Below are positions 61,011 through 64,000 of a stretch of 64,000 nucleotides of DNA, one piece after another. Source of the DNA: an uncultured delta proteobacterium (GTDB lineage Bacteria > Desulfobacterota > Binatia > Binatales > Binataceae); the NCBI GenBank assembly GCA_963794325.1, contig CAWCDG010000004.1, positions 640,001 to 704,000 on the forward strand, given 5' to 3'. A model generated the notes under the pieces. It did not search any database, was not told where the DNA came from, and saw only the letters and a program-made list of their open reading frames with translations. A program made the translations under genes and the position numbers. Positions within the stretch are counted from its first letter, which is position 1, and each line of letters opens with the position of its first letter.

Positions 61011-61773
61011 CTATTGCGCCGTTAGTCCGCCGTCCACCGACATGGAGCATCCGGTGACGAATGAGGCCGCATCTGAGCATAGCCACACCACGGCTTCCGC
61101 TATCTCTTCGGGGCGCGCCTTGCGGCCGATCGGTTCCACTTCGTCGAGTCGAGCCGCGAGCTTGGGCCTTCCCGCGACCATCCCTTCGACCAGCGGAGTA
61201 TCGACGACTCCGGGACAAACGTCATTGATTCTGATTCCCGACGCGCGCGTACTCGAGCGCCGCGCATTTGGTCAGGCCGACGACTCCGTGCTTGGCCGCG
61301 GTGTACGCGGGCATCGAATGCGACCCGACCAGGCCGGCAGCCGATGCAGTGTTGACGATCGCGCCGGGACTTTTCTGCGCGATGAACTGACGGATCTCGG
61401 CGCGCATGCACAGCCACACGCCCTTGAGATTGACGGCGATGATCTTGTCGAACTCAGCTTCGTCGTAGTCCGCCGTTTTGCGTTGAGTGCCGGCGATTCC
61501 GGCATTGTTGAACGCGCAATCGAGCCGCCCGAATGCTTTCACCGCCGCCGCGACCAGAGACTCGACATCTCTCGCATTCGATACGTCGCAACGGACGAAT
61601 TGCGCTTCGCCGCCGACGTCGCGAATTCGGCTGACGGTCTGCTCTCCGCCTTCTTCGGCCATATCGGCGACGATCACGCGCGCACCTTCACGCGCGAAAA
61701 CGATGGCCGCCGCTCTGCCGATTCCGGACGCCGCGCCGGTTATTAATGCGCTCTTGCCAGCGAGTAATGCCAT
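61011..61773 (-). CDS. Short-chain dehydrogenase/reductase (frameshift near 61237)
   Basis: TGAASGIG, NNAGI, YTAAK; alternate frame continues IRINDVCPGVVDTP...VDGGLTAQ*. Confidence 0.88.
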
Positions 61774-61828
61774 CGGTTTATCTCCCGGTTATCGCGAATG
61801 TGGCGATGAAAATAACGCAAAGAAATAA

Positions 61829-61973
61829 TCGCCTGCGCGGCGGGCGGCAGGGGTGACCCCTGCACCCAGTGAAAAGTGAAAAGTGAGAAGCGCGAAATGT
61901 TGAGGACAACCTTTCGCTCTCACGGCTGAATCGAGATGCCAAACGAGCCGGATTTCAAACTGAGACACTACCC
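61829..61973. other. Structured intergenic element, possibly an IS end remnant
   Basis: Palindrome GCAGGGGTGACCCCTGC, AGTGAAA tandem repeat, two further hairpins, then ATTTCAAACTGAGACACTACC. Confidence 0.35.
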
Positions 61974-62168
61974 ATCTCCCCGGTTCTCCGCGATTGTGGC
62001 ACCGTCGTTTGTGATCTACCAATATGTTGCAGCGCGGACCAGTGAACGAGCCGGGGAGGTACTTCGCGGGGATACCAGGGACTAGACCGTAAACAGGGGT
62101 TTATCGCGCGGGATGGAATCAAAGACGGTCCTCGTATAACGTAACCTCACTCTACAGGGGGCGCATCC

Positions 62169-62534
62169 ATGTCCATTGTGAAATCACTGTTACTGGCTGG
62201 AATTGTGCTGGCGAGTCTCGCGAGTCAAGTCTGTGCACAGACCACCATCTATGAGGGGCCCGGCACATACTCCACCTACGGCAACCAAACATATGGACCG
62301 GGCGGAACTCAATCCACCTACGGAAATCAGACCTATACTCCGGATGGGACGTACTCGACCTACGGAAACCAAACGTATGGCTCCGACGGGAGTAGTTATT
62401 CGACGTATGGAAACACAACATACGGCAGCGACGGTACAACTTCCCAGACCTACGGGAACCAGACCTATATCACCGGCCCGAATGGCCAGAGCCAAACTTG
62501 CTCGACGTACGGCAATCAAACCTACTGCAACTAG
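62169..62534 (+). CDS. Secreted tandem-repeat protein (TYGNQTY x6)
   Basis: Signal peptide, then six 14-19 aa repeats; terminal Cys pair. Confidence 0.8.
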   Translation: MSIVKSLLLAGIVLASLASQVCAQTTIYEGPGTYSTYGNQTYGPGGTQSTYGNQTYTPDGTYSTYGNQTYGSDGSSYSTYGNTTYGSDGTTSQTYGNQTYITGPNGQSQTCSTYGNQTYCN

Positions 62535-62678
62535 GCGATGACATTCTCGATACGCGCCCGCTCTTGGCTAAAGCGCGGGCAGCAGAAACAACCGGCTCCA
62601 TAAAAATCCGACCTGTCACGTCGCTGACACTCGCCACGTCTGATGATATGACAGACCGGAAATTTAGATAGTCGGAAT

Positions 62679-63187
62679 TTATTCGGAGGCTTTTGGTTCG
62701 CTCGCAACGACCGCAGGTTCAGCGCCAACCACTTTGACCGGCTTTGCGGTCGTGATTGTCAGTACCGGAAGGACATAGGGCGGAAATCCCATACGAGATG
62801 TCAAAGAGAAAAACATCTCTCTGGCGAATGGCCACGAATGATACGCGCCATTCGCTTGTGCGAAGTGCGCAATATCGGCGTCAGATATCGGCTCTTGCCC
62901 GCCGACCGCATAAACCATTCGGTAGACGAGCGAAATTTCGGCGACGGGGGCCCTTCACTCGATACCTTCAGATCATGATGGCAGGCCAATTCGATCACGT
63001 TCGGCTCTACATGAACGGGTTCGTACTGATCGCTGAATTCGGGTTGCAAACTGCTCGAACCGGTCACTTTGCCAGGTTCGCGTTTGGCGCGCACTTCTTC
63101 AAGCCACACATCGGAAAGATTCACTCGTCTCGCTATGCGCAAGACAGCCGCCATGTCAGGCACAATACGTTCAGTGCGTTCAGCCAT
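62679..63187 (-). CDS. SecB-like chaperone of a TAC system (frameshift near 62950)
   Basis: NGAYHSWPFAREMFFSLTSRMGFPPYVLP resembles the SecB signature; N-terminal LSDVWLEE strand; RBS GAAGGA; frameshift in a G/C homopolymer. Confidence 0.8.
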
Positions 63188-63195
63188 TAGTTCCT

Positions 63196-63570
63196 TCAAG
63201 CTGCCAGATCATAAGCACCCGCCCCTTCGGCGGGTGCTTGATTTTCAGACATGCATACTTCGAGCTGCGCAGGCGCTTCAGAGAGCCAGCCCCATTGGAG
63301 AGGCCTGAGATCGAAGGCAACTTCAAAGCCGCAAACAGCCAACGCCTTAGCGAGCGTTCTGATGGTCAAATTGTGGCTACCACTAAGCATCCTGGTCACG
63401 AAAGAACGCGAGGAGCCCATCCTACGGGCCAATTCAGCATTGCTAAACTCACGTTCTTTCATCGCATTGCATATGGTTGATTGGGCGATCGCCAACGCAG
63501 TCTCCGCAACCACATCGGTATCAATAGGGCGTTCATTCCTCGATTCCCAAGATAGATTTTTCATCGTCAT
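63196..63570 (-). CDS. HTH antitoxin with C-terminal extension (putative ChAD)
   Basis: ATGA overlap with toxin; SNAELARRMGSSRSFVTRMLSGSHNLTIRTL; tail ends GAYDLAA. Confidence 0.82.
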   Translation of the reverse strand: MTMKNLSWESRNERPIDTDVVAETALAIAQSTICNAMKEREFSNAELARRMGSSRSFVTRMLSGSHNLTIRTLAKALAVCGFEVAFDLRPLQWGWLSEAPAQLEVCMSENQAPAEGAGAYDLAA

Positions 63571-63965
63571 GCTCCTGCTCCTAAGATTTCGTCCGTGTAC
63601 TCTCCGAAGAGAGCTAAAGCCGTGCCAATCTCCCGTTCTTCCTTTCCGGTCTTTCCCGGTTTGTCTTTGACCCAACCGTTGAACAGAACGATATCGACGC
63701 GGGTCCCTTGCTGTTTGCGGTAGCAATAGATTCGGTGGTCGTGTTCCTTGAATTCCCACAGTGGTTTGGTTTTGAGCGGCTTGAAGCGCTGCGGATTGCA
63801 AAAAGCGGCGCCCTGTTTAGTCACTGCCGCGAATGGACCTTCAAATTTATCGCGCATGGACTTTTGGCATCCATCCATGAACAGCGCGGCAGGACATCGG
63901 CCATTGCTCCGTTCAAACATGGAGACGCTTCCAAGCGGACCTATCACGCGAGGGCGTAGAGGCAA
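63567..63965 (-). CDS. RelE/HigB (Gp49-like) toxin
   Basis: NGRCPA..F, RFKPL...LWEFK...RIY, IVLFNGWVK, EI..A; TTG start preceded by GGAAGG. Frame is open to the window edge. Confidence 0.75.
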   Translation of the reverse strand: MPLRPRVIGPLGSVSMFERSNGRCPAALFMDGCQKSMRDKFEGPFAAVTKQGAAFCNPQRFKPLKTKPLWEFKEHDHRIYCYRKQQGTRVDIVLFNGWVKDKPGKTGKEEREIGTALALFGEYTDEILGAGA

Positions 63966-64000
63966 GTTAACCTTCCCATCCTCACCACCACAGCTTTGTT

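Noticed and set aside
62260-62530. Regularly spaced DNA repeats (ACCTACGGCAACCAAAC-like) resembling a CRISPR array
   Set aside because: They vary at third codon positions and encode a protein repeat; the spacers are short and related, and no cas genes are present

Overview
GC-rich bacterial chromosomal window with about 55 CDS and no rRNA, tRNA or CRISPR array that I can recognise. The gene content (DUF1329 protein, many flavoenzymes, Crp paralogs) resembles Candidatus Binatota soil MAGs, but that taxonomy is inference only. Core content: an ACAD10/11-like kinase plus dehydrogenase pair, a TonB-receptor/exbB/exbD/tonB operon, argE, ppk1, a glycosylation cluster with fcl, a single-chain acyl-CoA carboxylase, two transglutaminases with a C26 hydrolase, a YcbB-type L,D-transpeptidase, ampG, hldD and a recC-recB-recD operon. 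Most notable observations: (1) a WYL regulator divergent from recCBD with a perfect TGAC-N7-GTCA palindrome between them; (2) a toxin-antitoxin-SecB chaperone (TAC) locus whose antitoxin ends in an ssrA-like YDLAA tail; (3) a DUF2946/CruR-like CxxC plus RAPP leader ORF in front of the TonB operon; (4) sharply bounded intragenic patches of synonymous NTA codons; (5) a higBA module between 249-bp direct repeats; (6) a BesD-like oxygenase overlapping an aspartase-fold lyase with a remodelled active site. Eight single-base frameshifts in seven unrelated genes, plus a probable ninth that would explain the exbB-exbD fusion, most likely reflect assembly error.
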